Origin: Callorhinchus milii
Lineage: Eukaryota
DNA length: 64,000 bases
NCBI RefSeq assembly: GCF_018977255.1
Contig: NW_024704743.1
Coordinates: 71,550,001 to 71,614,000, forward strand
Direction: 5' to 3'
Position 1 is the first letter of the stretch. Every line of letters begins with the position of its first letter. Shown one piece after another: positions 52,631-64,000 of the stretch. The notes below the pieces were generated by a model. It was not told the origin of the DNA. It made no database searches and was given only the letters and a program-made list of their open reading frames with translations. Made by a program: the position numbers and the translations under genes.

Positions 52631-55600
52631 ATTCTCCGACCCCCAGGACCAATATGATTCTATTTTCATATTGTCCTGAGTTTACTCTTTAAGATGCATC
52701 AAAAAGTGTTCCAGTTGTCTTTTGAATGAATATGTAGCCTTTACGGTTCAATCACTTAGTACTGGTTTATTGTGTAAGTGAACACTGAGAAGGTGAGAAG
52801 TTCCTTCTAAACAAGGTTCAGCTGGCAGCCTCTTGATCACTTATCTCTTGAATTCAATCTCACCTTCTCAAACCCTGCTGAAACTAAACATGTAATTACC
52901 AGGACTGTGTGTCTATCAATGTTCAGCCAGTTCAACCTTGGCTCAGACATTTCAAATGTTGTCCTATTTATTACCATTCCCCCTCTGTTATGTTGCCTCG
53001 GGTAAGATTAGTCTTCTAAAATCCATTCCGCACATCACCTTTCTGGTTTGTTTTTGTCACTGCTATGCCCTCACAATCTCCTGCTCATAATCCAACTATT
53101 TTTGTTTAAACTGCATCTGGAAAGGCTTAGAAAAGCTGAAAGATAAAAAAAAATCAACTATTTTAAAAGTAAAAATGATAATACTAATAATCCTTATATT
53201 TTGTATTGCACCTTTCATGTCTGGAGGTCTCTCCACAGCTCTTCACATGATGTATCGTAAAGTGCAGTGACTTTACGTTTTGTGGGAGAATCGTGTCAGT
53301 CAATTTTGACACAGAAATATCCCATAAACAGCCATGGAGTGAGCGACCAATTTTATTTGGAGGATTGTTGGTCAGCACACTGGGGGGAAATTCCTTTCTC
53401 TTTCAAATAGTGCAAATACACAAGCAGTCACACGGAGGGAAATTTCCATGTCTATTTGCCATATATATGTGGATCTCTCAGTCTGGTTTGGATAATCTGA
53501 AGCATGGTGATGGGCTCAGCATGTGTAAGACATCTGGCTGATCAAAAACAAACACTTGCACTTTCAATTGTCAACCCATGAGGTTTTAGTATCCATGATC
53601 AAATGATGTATTTCTCCATGATCTGAATAATATTGCGCATTACACTGACAGCAATCTTACATTTATGGTACCATTTCTTTGCTGAATTTGTTACAGGGAG
53701 AATAATATGATTTCTCTATTAGAGCAATATTTACCCATGATGATTACTTAATAGTTACCAGTGACGGATACAGGCATTAAATAAACATTTAATTTCAGTC
53801 CAGCTGCTTTGCCCTAATTTTTCTGTAAATATTCTCCAAATGTATTGAGGGTTGTTCTGTGCCTATTTTCTGCTTCTCATTCTGTACTCCTGAAGGGAAC
53901 TTGACTGATTTTCCTTCTACTGTGGTTCATTCTCAAGAGTTCAGATCGCCTTGCAGTCCACTGACCAAGTGGCTATTTGTGAGCCTAAACAGTAAGTGTT
54001 GGCGGGCTACTCCAACCATTGGGGCCATCACAGTGCAAACCTGTCCACAGCTAAAGTACATATACACACACACACACACCTTCACACAGGTGCCTTCCAT
54101 CGGTGGTCTCTGGATAGACATGAGGGGCAGGAACTAAGTCTGATTTTTACTCTCCCCAAGGATGCTGAGGCAAATTTTAGCTGCCAACCCAAATGAAATC
54201 AACTAGCACAGGGTTTGAAACTTTCAATCTTCTAGTCTATAAGGCTTAATGTTCACTGGCCAGTGGATCTTTGCTCACTAAGTTAACTGAGAGAGCTTGA
54301 GACATGCACTATCGTTTAGGGAGAAGTTTGGAAATAAAATGAATAATGATAAATCTCAAGAATAAAAATATGACATACACAAAAACATTCAAGCTTTTCT
54401 GGTTTATATTAAAAGTATTCCAACTCTGCTTTATTTAAGGATGACGAAATGCGGGTAATGGGCTGTAAGTTACACAATTGAGCTTTATGGCTCAGAACTG
54501 TCATCTAGGCACGTTTTTTCCCAAACCAACTAAAGCACGGAATTCAGATATAGTGCTACATAATTTTGACATGATGTGTATTGAATTTTGAATTTGAACC
54601 AACTTTCAGTATGTGTTTTACCTTTTTATCATGGCTATTAATGTTTATACTTTCTCTGTCACTTGTACCAAAAGATTCACTGCAATAAAAATGTAATTCT
54701 GTATGATACAGAGAATCTGTGAATGGACTGCTCATTATTTTCATAATGTCTACTGAAACAAAATAGAGAACAAAACATCTTATGTGAATTTTGAGCTTGA
54801 GTGATTTTAAGCTTTGATTACAAAATGCATAGCTGAACTTACCTTGAGGATTATAGAAATAGTAACACTTAGGACCATCGAGGTTAGGTATGCAGGACCT
54901 CAGGTTTACATTTCTAATACTCGTTAAAGTTACAATTTGCGGCAGTGTGTGTTTATAACCCCATTAAAAGTGTATAATATCAATGTCAGTAATTTTATGT
55001 ACCATGGGAATTTTATCACTCTTCCTACCGTCATTTCACCTTTAAGTTTAACCACTTCACCAACTAACATATTCAGCATCACAGGTTTTACAAGGGTTAA
55101 ATTGTGATCACATTAACTGGCAGCTGAAGTTATGATGAAATGGGCTACGCAGTGTCACAAATCGCAGTATTGGGAATAGAGTTGGGGAAGCTCACTCTCC
55201 AAGTCTAGATCATATCAATTCTACTGAAAGGATCTCTAACTTAAAACCGCATTTTCAAGCCCAATATGTAGGGTAACAAAATGCTATTTTATAATGAGAA
55301 GTAAGGATTGGATTGATAAGTGCATCAATATTAGTAGCATTGAAAGGATTAAACTTAAACAACACTAACCGCATATGGTTAATATTATCTGTAACATTGG
55401 AATGATTGGTTTGTACATAGTTTTATCTTAAGCGGGATTTGCTCTTGTCAGAATTGATTACACGGGAGCTCTACTGCAATACGTGGTGAATGATGTATCA
55501 CTGAAGTAGATGTTTATTAGCAATGTACGCCAAAGCTTGCTGACATCCCACTAATGAAGAGAAACTCTGCCTGACATCTGTTTTGTACATTGTACAAAGA

Positions 55601-57093
55601 TATAAAACAAAAAATCAAAATAGTTAAATACAGTATAGAATAATGTTTGGCCAGGAGTGTGTTAGGAGCCAGAACCTTATCTGAAATTCCAAACAGCATC
55701 TGATATGTTCTGAGTTTAGCTTATGGCCTTTATATCATTCGACACTGTACTAGCAGCAGTGTTTCACTTCATTTAGTGGGAAGTCAGTAAGATTTGGCGT
55801 ACATTGAATTATGTTAATAATCATCTACTTCAGTGATGTGTCATTCACCACGTATTGCAGTGTTTTGGACGATATATATAAGATATGGAATTTCGCAGTT
55901 TCCTGGAAAGTTAAGAGTTTGATGCTATTGGAAGAAGTCAGCATGTCAACCTCAATGTTAAAGGTATTTTGCTCTTGTGTGCTGTTTGTTACTGCGCAGG
56001 GGAATTATACATAGGTAAAAATATATAATTGTTACCTATTATGTTATGTAGATTCACAGATCTCCACTGCAAAGCACCATTCTTAGAGGTAGGTTATGGT
56101 CTACTATTTGCTGATGTCCCAGATAAAGTTAAGGCTTGTAAGTAATAATCCTATCCACTTGATTTATCAAGATGTGTAATACTATGCATATGCTATGCAC
56201 AGATTATCAAAAAATAGTCCTACTATAATACGCCATATGATGAAGTCCTAACTTAATACTCAGAAATGCCTAATTATGTGTTGTTGGACCAATTTTATGA
56301 AACCCTGCACTGTGATTGTTTTTCTGTAAGATACTGTATTTAAACAGAGAAACACATTTTTGCCATAAAAGACTACATGAAAAGCACATTGATAATTGGT
56401 GAACATTCATGTGGTGTATACTCTTGCCTGTGTCAATGCCCCCCAGGTTTTTCAAGTCAGATCAGAAAGCTACATCATTAGTGCTACACAAAACCAGTGT
56501 AGCATACAGAAACCTCTTAATATGTGAAAGCTCAGCTGAAATACCGAAAGTCCATCACTAGTTTCTTAAAAAATTATTATGCCAGATAAGGATTGCCGTC
56601 CACAAAAAGTGAAAAATATGGCTTATTTACACCTGTCAATTTAATTTAGCAACTGAATGCAAATTGAAATTCAACTGATTCTCCTATTATTAAAGCAAAT
56701 GTTTTATTTATCATCACAGGTTTTAAAGATTACTAATCTACAACAACAGCTTGCACTTATATAATACCTTTTACATAGAATAAATGGTTCAATGAGCCTG
56801 TGATATTATAGTAAGAAAGAAGGAAGAATTAACGGTTTTGACCTATAGCGCAGGTAAAAAGATGATATTTGGAAAAATAAATAATTATTAATGGCAGATA
56901 GTTAGCAAATCTAATAGATTTTTGGAAGATTTCCAGAGAGGAGGGGTGCACAAATACTCAAATACCTGTGACAAATACTCAATACCAAAATACTGACAGG
57001 AGTCATAAAAATGTTAAATTTATCTGCAATATTTGTCCATTTAAAAGTTTAAAATTATCAGTGGCTTCACAGGATGATTTCTTATATTTGATG

Positions 57094-57409
57094 GGAGTCC
57101 TGTAGCTCAGTGGTTAGAGCTTGTTGTGCAAGCAAGAGACCTGGGTTTGATTCCTAGCAGGGCAAAACCTTGGGCAAGTTTCCTTACTCCACACGCCTGA
57201 TAATAATCCCTCAAGAAAAAAACAATAATAAATTGGTCACTTCAATCCACGACTGTTTGTGGGACACTGCTGTGTGCAATTGGCTGCCGCGTTTCACCCA
57301 CAAACATACAGTCAATTCCCTTTACAGTATATTCTGTGAAGCGCTTTGAGACGTCTAGAAGACATGAAAAGCGCTATGTCAAATGCAAGAATTATTATTA
57401 TGATTATTA
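57094..57409 (+). mobile_element. tRNA-Ala-headed SINE
   Basis: Standard head and body with a TAGAA-loop tail. Confidence 0.9.
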
Positions 57410-58927
57410 CAGTCAGTTTCGGATAAGGGTCCTGGTGCAGTCAGGTAGCTGGGGGAAAAAGTAATCTGCCACCAAGAGTGAAATGAAACATGAACTATCA
57501 TGTCGGGAAATGAAGGTTCAAATCAGCAGTCGATTTGAGGGGAAAAGAAAAGATATGGAAGGGGTTTTACTAGAGCTTCTCTAACTGAGATCAGTTCTTC
57601 TCCACAAGTCACCCCTTTGTCTGCCACAACAGCATTAGTGTTTGATAACTGCTTGACTTGCCCAAAACAACCATTGCTTTTGAATGGTAATGAATGCTGT
57701 AGTGGTTTGGAGCTGAGGGCAGTAATTACAGTATTACCATTGTAAACGGTGCAAGGGAATCATAATCCTGCACTAAAATTATACATAGATTGGATATGTG
57801 CTTGTCTAAACAGCGGGTAGAAAAGTTATAAAACTCATTAGCAGTTACAGCTGCATGAATGCCTATTTACACGCTGCACACTTAAACTGCTTACTTTTAT
57901 ATCCAGTACTTGAAAACCTCAACATATTGCCTTCCAAAATACAGTGCATACAGTATTGTAGAACCACAGTAACACCGAACCCATTCCAAAGCATTCAGTG
58001 TAGTATTTGGGACTCACTTGTCTAAACAATGACACGAAATGACTTGTGGAAATCTTTGCAATCTGAAGCTTTTTCATACACTAGTTTTTTATACAGTAGG
58101 ACAGCAGCTCATCGCACACACTAACAGGAGCCGCAGAGGATTGCACCTCAGTGTAGATCGCGTGCAAAAATATATATAGATATATATATATCTATATATA
58201 CATTGTGCTTTAATGCTGTGGTTCAAAATAAGAGGCAAAATACAAAACGGGGTGAATGTATATCGTTCACATTTGCAGCGTGATACCGACAGGACTGAAA
58301 CTCGTTCGGCTTTGCCTGAAACCCTGACCCAGACGGGGGGTGAGGGGTGAGTTAACAACGGGGGAGTGTAAGTGTGATTGTGAGCTGCTTCCCTCTCACT
58401 ATTGGCTTCACTCGCCTCCCGTGTAACACTGACCTACAAGAATCAAACGGCAAAAAGTCAAAAGGGGTTTTTTTCACTGCAGATCGCAGCGATGATTTAC
58501 TGAAGATTACTACACACACACACACACAGCACACACACACACACACACACAAAACCCTCAGTGGTTTGGGGTGAGATTTCTGACCCCACCAATCCACCGC
58601 AACGCTTCCAGCCTTTCCTTTTGCCTCTTTTATTAAAAAGGCAAAAAGAAAAAAAAGCCTTTTGTTACATTTTTAATCGTGAAGGTCACGTGAAATCCTA
58701 AGGGAATGCTCCGGCTCTCAATCTTATTGCTGGCCAAAGGGAGGGTTTGGGGATGGTGGGGGTGGGGATGGTGGGGGTGTATTCTCCAGGCGGTGTTAAT
58801 GCACCTGCTACACTCCCCTGTGCAACATCCATTCAAAGAGCATATTAATGCACATCGGCAACATCAAAGCCCCCAAATGCTACATCCAATCTGTCATAGC
58901 CAGCAAAGCCCCCCCAGTCTGCCCCAC

Positions 58928-58977
58928 TCTCTGTCTGTCTGTCTGTGGCTCTCTGTCTGTCTGTCTGTCTGTGGCTC

Positions 58978-59010
<33 letters not shown>

Positions 59011-59085
59011 GGCTCTCTGTCTGTCTGTCTCTGGCTGTCTGTCTGTCTGTCTGTGGCTCTCTGTCTGTCTGTCTGTCTGTGGCTC

Positions 59086-59118
<33 letters not shown>

Positions 59119-59123
59119 GGCTC

Positions 59124-59184
<61 letters not shown>

Positions 59185-59233
59185 GGCTCTCTGTCTGTGG
59201 CTCTCTGGCTGTCTGTCTGTCTGTCTCTGGCTC

Positions 59234-59266
<33 letters not shown>

Positions 59267-59432
59267 GGCTCTCTGTCTGTCTGTCTCTGGCTCTCTGTCT
59301 GTCTGTCTGTCTGTCTGTGGCTCTCTGTCTGTCTGTCTGTCTGTCTCTGGCTCTCTGTCTGTCTGTCTGTCTGTCTGTCTGTCGGTCTGTCTCTGGCTCT
59401 CTGTCTGCCTGTCTGTCTGTGGCTCTCTGGCT
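58928..59432. repeat. (TCTG)n satellite with periodic TGGCTC interruptions
   Basis: Seen directly; explains the spurious SVCL/TDRQ ORFs. Confidence 0.95.
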
Positions 59433-59542
59433 GTTCCCTTTGCAGAGAAAAAGACAATGAGAAAGTCAGAGCCATCAGCTGAACCTTTCACTGAACGCCC
59501 CCACTCTTTGTTCTCCCGCACCAGATGTTGTCCATTACAGCT

Positions 59543-60099
59543 GGGAGGGGGGGAGGAGGAGGGGAGTGAGGAGGGGGAGGAGGGGAGGAGGGGAGTGAGG
59601 AGGGGGGGAGGAGGGGAGGGGGTGAGGAGGGGGGAGGAGGGGAGGGGAGTGAGGAGGGGGGAGGAGGAGGGGAGGGGGTGAGGAGGGGGAGGAGGGGAGG
59701 GGAGTGAGGAGGGAGTGAGGAGGGAGTGAGGAGGGGGTGAGGAGGGGAGGTGAGGAGGGGGGAGGGGGGGGAGGAGGGGAGGAGTGAGGAGGGGGTGAGG
59801 AGGGAGGGTGAGGAGGGGGGAGGAGGGGGAGGAGGAGGGGGTGAGGAGGGGAGGAGGAGGGGAGGGGTGGGAGGAGGGGGGAGGAGGGGAGGGGAGTGAG
59901 GAGGGTGGGAGTGAGGAGGGGAGGGGGTGAGGAGGGGGGGAGTGAGGAGGGTGGGAGTGAGGAGGGGAGGGGTGAGGAGGGAGTGAGGAGGGGAGTGAGG
60001 AGGGGAGTGAGGAGGGGAGTGAGGAGGGGAGGGAGTGAGGAGGGGAGGGGGTGAGGAGGGGAGGGGAGTGAGGAGGGTGGGAGTGAGAAGGGGAAGGGG
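59543..60099. repeat. G-rich polypurine tract (GGAG/GGGGAG/GTGAGGAG units)
   Basis: About 555 bp with no C on the + strand. Confidence 0.95.
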
Positions 60100-60122
60100 C
60101 TTCTTTGTGTGTTCTCACCCAC

Positions 60123-60321
60123 CTGAACAACTGGTCCCTTTGCCTCTGCCGTTCTGGCACTCGGCGCTGGAGAGCGGGTTGGCGGCCCGAGCCCCCGGGA
60201 GGCTGTTGAGGGTGAGCAGAGCGAGGAGGGGGAGGCAATAGCAGGACAGAGCCGAGGGCGAGGGTCCGGCTCCGGCTCCGGCTCCGGGCAGCCTCCGGGG
60301 AGGCGGTAACAACTCGGGCAT
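60123..60321 (-). CDS. TMEFF1: TMEFF1 (tomoregulin-1) coding exon 1: N-terminus and signal peptide
   Basis: ATG at 60321 (context gcggtgATGc) gives MPELLPPPRRLPGAGAGAGPSPSALSCYCLPLLALLTLNSLPGARAANPLSSAECQNGRGKGTSCS+G. It has a hydrophobic signal segment and resembles vertebrate TMEFF1 as recalled (SLPGSRASN...DCPGGKGKSINCS). Donor CAG|GTGGGT, phase 1 (199 nt). GC/CpG-rich context. Confidence 0.9.
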
Positions 60322-60660
60322 CACCGCGGCCGTCTGGAGTGTGACTGTCAGAGGGGCTGAGAGAGGAGGGCAGTCCCGGTGTGAGGAGAGAGAGAGAGAG
60401 AGAGAGAGAGCGGTGCACTCACTCACTCACTCACACTCACACTGCACAGAGCGTCTCCTCACTCACTCTCTCTCTCTCTAAGGGAAGCTCGTCCTTCCTG
60501 GAGCATCACCTCCTCGCAACATCCATCCTCTCTCGTTACTGCTGCACGATCCCGACTCTTCTCTGTGTCACTCTCTCTCTCTCTGTCACTTCTCTCTCTC
60601 TATCTCTCTCTGTCTCTCCGACTCTCTCTCTGTCTCTCTCTAGCTCTTTTCAAAGAGCCG
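60150..60660 (-). promoter_or_regulatory. CpG-rich promoter/5' UTR region of TMEFF1 with (GA)n/(CT)n/(CACT)n tracts
   Basis: Local CpG and GC enrichment around the start codon in otherwise AT-rich, CpG-poor DNA. The TSS cannot be determined from sequence. Confidence 0.6.
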
Positions 60661-60720
60661 CACAGACATGATGGGCCGAATGGCCTCCTTCTGTGCTGTA
60701 TAATTCTATGATTCTATGAT
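60660..60720 (+). mobile_element. CR1-type 3' terminus
   Basis: gatgggccgaatggcctccttctgtgctgtataattctatgattctatga, with the ATTCTATG octamer repeat typical of CR1 ends. Confidence 0.8.
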
Positions 60721-61729
60721 AATCAAAGTAGCTATTGATATTTCTTACAAATAAGAGACACCACATACAAGTAGTTCATTACCTGCTCTACCACATCCTG
60801 CTACTGTAGCCACAAGTTCCAAAACATTATGGTATAAACTTTCTAACCATCTAATGTCTACTTTACCTGTTTTATAAAGTTCTTTCGCACCACCATTTTG
60901 AAAACGGATCAGTCATTATTCTGGGCTATTCTGTTCAGAGTATCTACAATTTCACCTGAGTGTCAGTCAGTCATAGATAGTGTGAGCCTGGCTCCATTGT
61001 TGGAGATACCATCCTTTGGATGAGACATGGCTGCCGCATTCGCCCACAAATCACACAGTCACTGCACTCTACAGTAAAAACCTGTGAATTATTCCTCCTG
61101 ACGTTATACCAAATGCAAGGATTATTATTTTTATTATACATCATCATGGCTGGATTTAGCCAACAGTGAACAATGAGAGGATGAATATCTGTAATACATT
61201 CACAGGCCATTAGATTGATTTCTGGTATTCTGGCATTTGGGGAAAAAACTTCTTCTAATCTCCTGATGCACAAAAGTTTCTCCCAATTCTGAATGTCAGT
61301 TTTCAATATAGTCACTTCATGCGGAAGAAATATTAAATACCAACAGCAGGGTTATGGGCTTGCTGGATGAAAGGACCAAGTTAAACCTTCCAAAACTCCA
61401 GAAATATAATTTTATTCCACCTCAATGCTGAATGGGAATGTTTGAGAGAAATGGCGGAGATAGAACAGAATAATTAGTTTGAATTGTACATCAATGTTAT
61501 AGGTGTGGTAGCACCTACCACACCTACCCCGTACAAGGCAGGCAGGTGTATATACAAGAAGAGGACTGATTGCCAGGAAAGGTGTTGAGGCCAGGACACT
61601 GGATGCATTTAAAAATCAGCTTAGTACTGTGATGGGAGTACAGAAACGCGGGGATTCTGGAGTGGTGTGATCAGATAACCTGAAAGGCCTTCTTCATCTA
61701 ACTAATCTTGTGTTCTTGTGATGTGGAGA

Positions 61730-62183
61730 ATAATAATAAAAATATAAATCCTTGCATTTGATATAGCACCTTATCATGTCATTGAAACATCTTAAAGGGC
61801 TTCACAGGATTTATTGGAAAGTGGTGTGATTTTATATACCGCATTTTGTGACTGAATGTGGCAGCCAATTTATGCACAACAATTTCCTACAAACAGCCAT
61901 GGAGCAAATGACTGACTCCATCCACGGCTGCCCGGGACACCAGGAGAAACTCCCTTCTTTTTTTGAATAGTGCCAAGGGATCTTTAACTTCCAATTGAAC
62001 AGGCAAACAGGATCTTGGTTTAACATCTCATCCGAAACACAACACCTCTGACCAACACCTCGGCACACCCACAGCACTGTATTGGAGTCAACTTAGACTG
62101 TATAGGTTCCAAATCCTGCCATAGGGCTTGAACCCACAACCTTCTGACACAGAGGCAAGAGTGTTACCAAATGAGCCAGGTGA
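61730..62183 (-). mobile_element. Old DeuSINE (SacSINE1-like), near full length
   Basis: tRNA-like head, complete Deu body and tail. Confidence 0.8.
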
Positions 62184-62306
62184 ATAAAGGCATTATTATT
62201 AAGAGTACCAATTAGAAATGAGATCAGACAACATTTCTTCATAACAAATGGAGAATGTGGAATATATAGCCCCAGAGGACCCTAAGTGCAGTAGTGGTGG
62301 TGATGT

Positions 62307-62750
62307 ATCGAATTCAAGATCCTTATCCTCATCTACAAGGCCATTCACGGCCTTGCTCCCTCCTACTTCTCTGACCTACTATCCCCCTACCTACCTGCCC
62401 ATACCCTCCGTTCCTCTGGCTCCGGGCTGCTCCACATCCCCCGCTCCAACCGCCCTACCATCGGTGGCCGGGCCTTCAGCCTCTCAGCCCCGAGGCTCTG
62501 GAACTCTATCCCCCAGTGCCTTCGCCTCGCTTCCTCCCTTTCCTCCTTCAAGGCCGGTCTCAAGACCTTTCTCTTTGACCGTGCCTTCAGCTCCCTTCTC
62601 GATTCTCTACCCCCTCCTCACTCCCTCCCTCCCCTCACCCTGACTATTTCCCCCCTGCTCGGGTCCTGACCCAACTGTCCAGCACCTTGGGATGTCCTTC
62701 CGACGTGAAAGGCCCTCTATAAATGGAATCTTGTTGTTGTTGTTGTTGTT
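62307..62750 (+). mobile_element. About 440-bp L2 3'-derived element, copy 3
   Basis: Begins atcgaattcaagatcc and ends in (TTG)n. Confidence 0.9.
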
Positions 62751-63795
62751 TGAAAGGAAAGTAGAAAAATATATGGGAAATAAAGGATAGGGAGAAAACA
62801 TGGGAATTGGGATTTTAAAAAACGATAGAACAGATTTGGCAGCTAGCTAGGTGTTTAAGAGAAAAGTCTTGATGCATTCTTGGAAGCTAGTCCCTGGAAT
62901 GGTGACAATAGGTCATAGTCAGTGAACCTTTACCCCAAGATAAGTTGCTACTTCTGCAATGGTTAAGTATGAGTATCACAGGCCAATATGCAAAGCTGAT
63001 ACATAGCCTTTATCAATGCAGAAAGCAATCACAGGATCTTCAACAAATTTATTTCCTCAAACGTTTTTAATCATCCACAGGTCTGCTGTTTGCACTTTAT
63101 TCAGTATACCAAAACAGGTAGCCTGGTAAGCAAGTAGTTTGTTCATTTTCTTGTGTAGATCACTTTCTTGGTATAGTGCGCATTTCTGCTGCATAATGTT
63201 AAAAAGCATTAGTTCAAGAACACACCTTGTTGTAGCCCATTTCAAAGGCCATGAGGATTTCATTGGTTGGCACTGGTTGAAACCCTGAAACTACCTGAGA
63301 CAATGTTTACATCAGAAACAACCTTGTAGGCTTCACATTTGAGTCCAATTTAAATTGTGTCATAAGCGGATGCTTAATTAATGAAGGTGCCAATTATTCA
63401 TTTCTAAAGCACCTCTTCATCCTGGGACAATGAAAATGCTTTTTCACATGTCGATTTTCCCATTTCTAGACCTAGTTTAGTTTGTTCTAATCATCTGATG
63501 TCATTCATTTTCTCAAAAGGAGTCCTCCCTTAGATTGTAAAGAACACATAATAGAGTTCTTGGCCTTGAAAATATTATTCTATCATTCTTGTTTCTAATG
63601 CCGAACTGCTTGCACTGCCTTGCACACAGTTCTAAAGTGCTCTATTTGAGTTTAAATCATGAGCATCATGTTAATTGTTAACAAGAAAAATTATTTGCTA
63701 CTGTGTGAGATGTTTAATAACTATCCAGTGGTAAAATGGTCATAACAAGTGGTCATATTAATATGCTGTCCCAGTTATATAATAATAATAATAGT

Positions 63796-64000
63796 GGAGT
63801 CCTGTAGCTCAGTGGTTAGAGCGTTTGCCTTGCAAGCGAGACACCTGGGTTCAATTCCAGGCAGGGCGAAACCTTGGGCAAGGTTCCTTACTCCACACAC
63901 GTAATAATAATCCCTCCAAAACAAAACAATAATAAATTGGTCATTTTCAATCCATGACAGTTTGTGGGTCACTGCTGTGCGCAATTGGCTGCCCCGTTTC
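63796..64000 (+). mobile_element. tRNA-Ala-headed SINE, cut by the window end
   Basis: Standard head and body. Confidence 0.88.

Larger units (their letters stand above)
15547..60122 (-). other. TMEFF1: TMEFF1 intron 1 (44,576 bp, GT-AG, phase 1)
   Basis: Defined by the exon 1 donor and exon 2 acceptor, which join in frame. Confidence 0.85.

Noticed and set aside
58928..59432. CRISPR-like periodic array
   Set aside because: No unique spacers; a eukaryotic tetranucleotide satellite
58706..60418. Long ORFs (512, 277, 258, 195, 193 and 171 aa)
   Set aside because: They are translations of (TCTG)n and G-rich simple repeats that lack stop codons; only 60123-60321 is real coding sequence
2121..63984. 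Recurrent small ORFs (MGKFPYSTR..., MESCSS..., CKDYYYY)
   Set aside because: Incidental frames of SINE copies, disrupted differently in each copy

Overview
Vertebrate genomic DNA. The repeat repertoire (SacSINE1-like DeuSINEs, L2, CR1, a Penelope-type hairpin) suggests a cartilaginous fish, possibly a chimaera; this is inference. The window holds the 5' end of one protein-coding gene on the minus strand, TMEFF1 (tomoregulin-1). Coding exon 1 (60123-60321) encodes the signal peptide and exon 2 (15437-15546) begins the first follistatin-like domain. They are joined in frame across a 44.6-kb phase-1 GT-AG intron. I could not find exon 3 in the window. The rest is intron and promoter filled with retroposons: a young tRNA-Ala-headed modular SINE, older DeuSINEs, many L2 fragments (one with an RT domain, one with an APE endonuclease domain), CR1 relics and microsatellites. 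Nearly all other ORF-track entries are spurious or retroposon remnants. I found no new protein-coding system. The most unusual signals are: three ~440-bp L2 3' elements with the same 5' end (candidate non-autonomous family), a covarying 3' stem-loop shared by SINE and L2, a hairpin repeat whose loop holds an inverted copy of nearby DNA, multi-level nested insertions, and a tandem +4 splice donor at exon 1 that would create an immediate stop.
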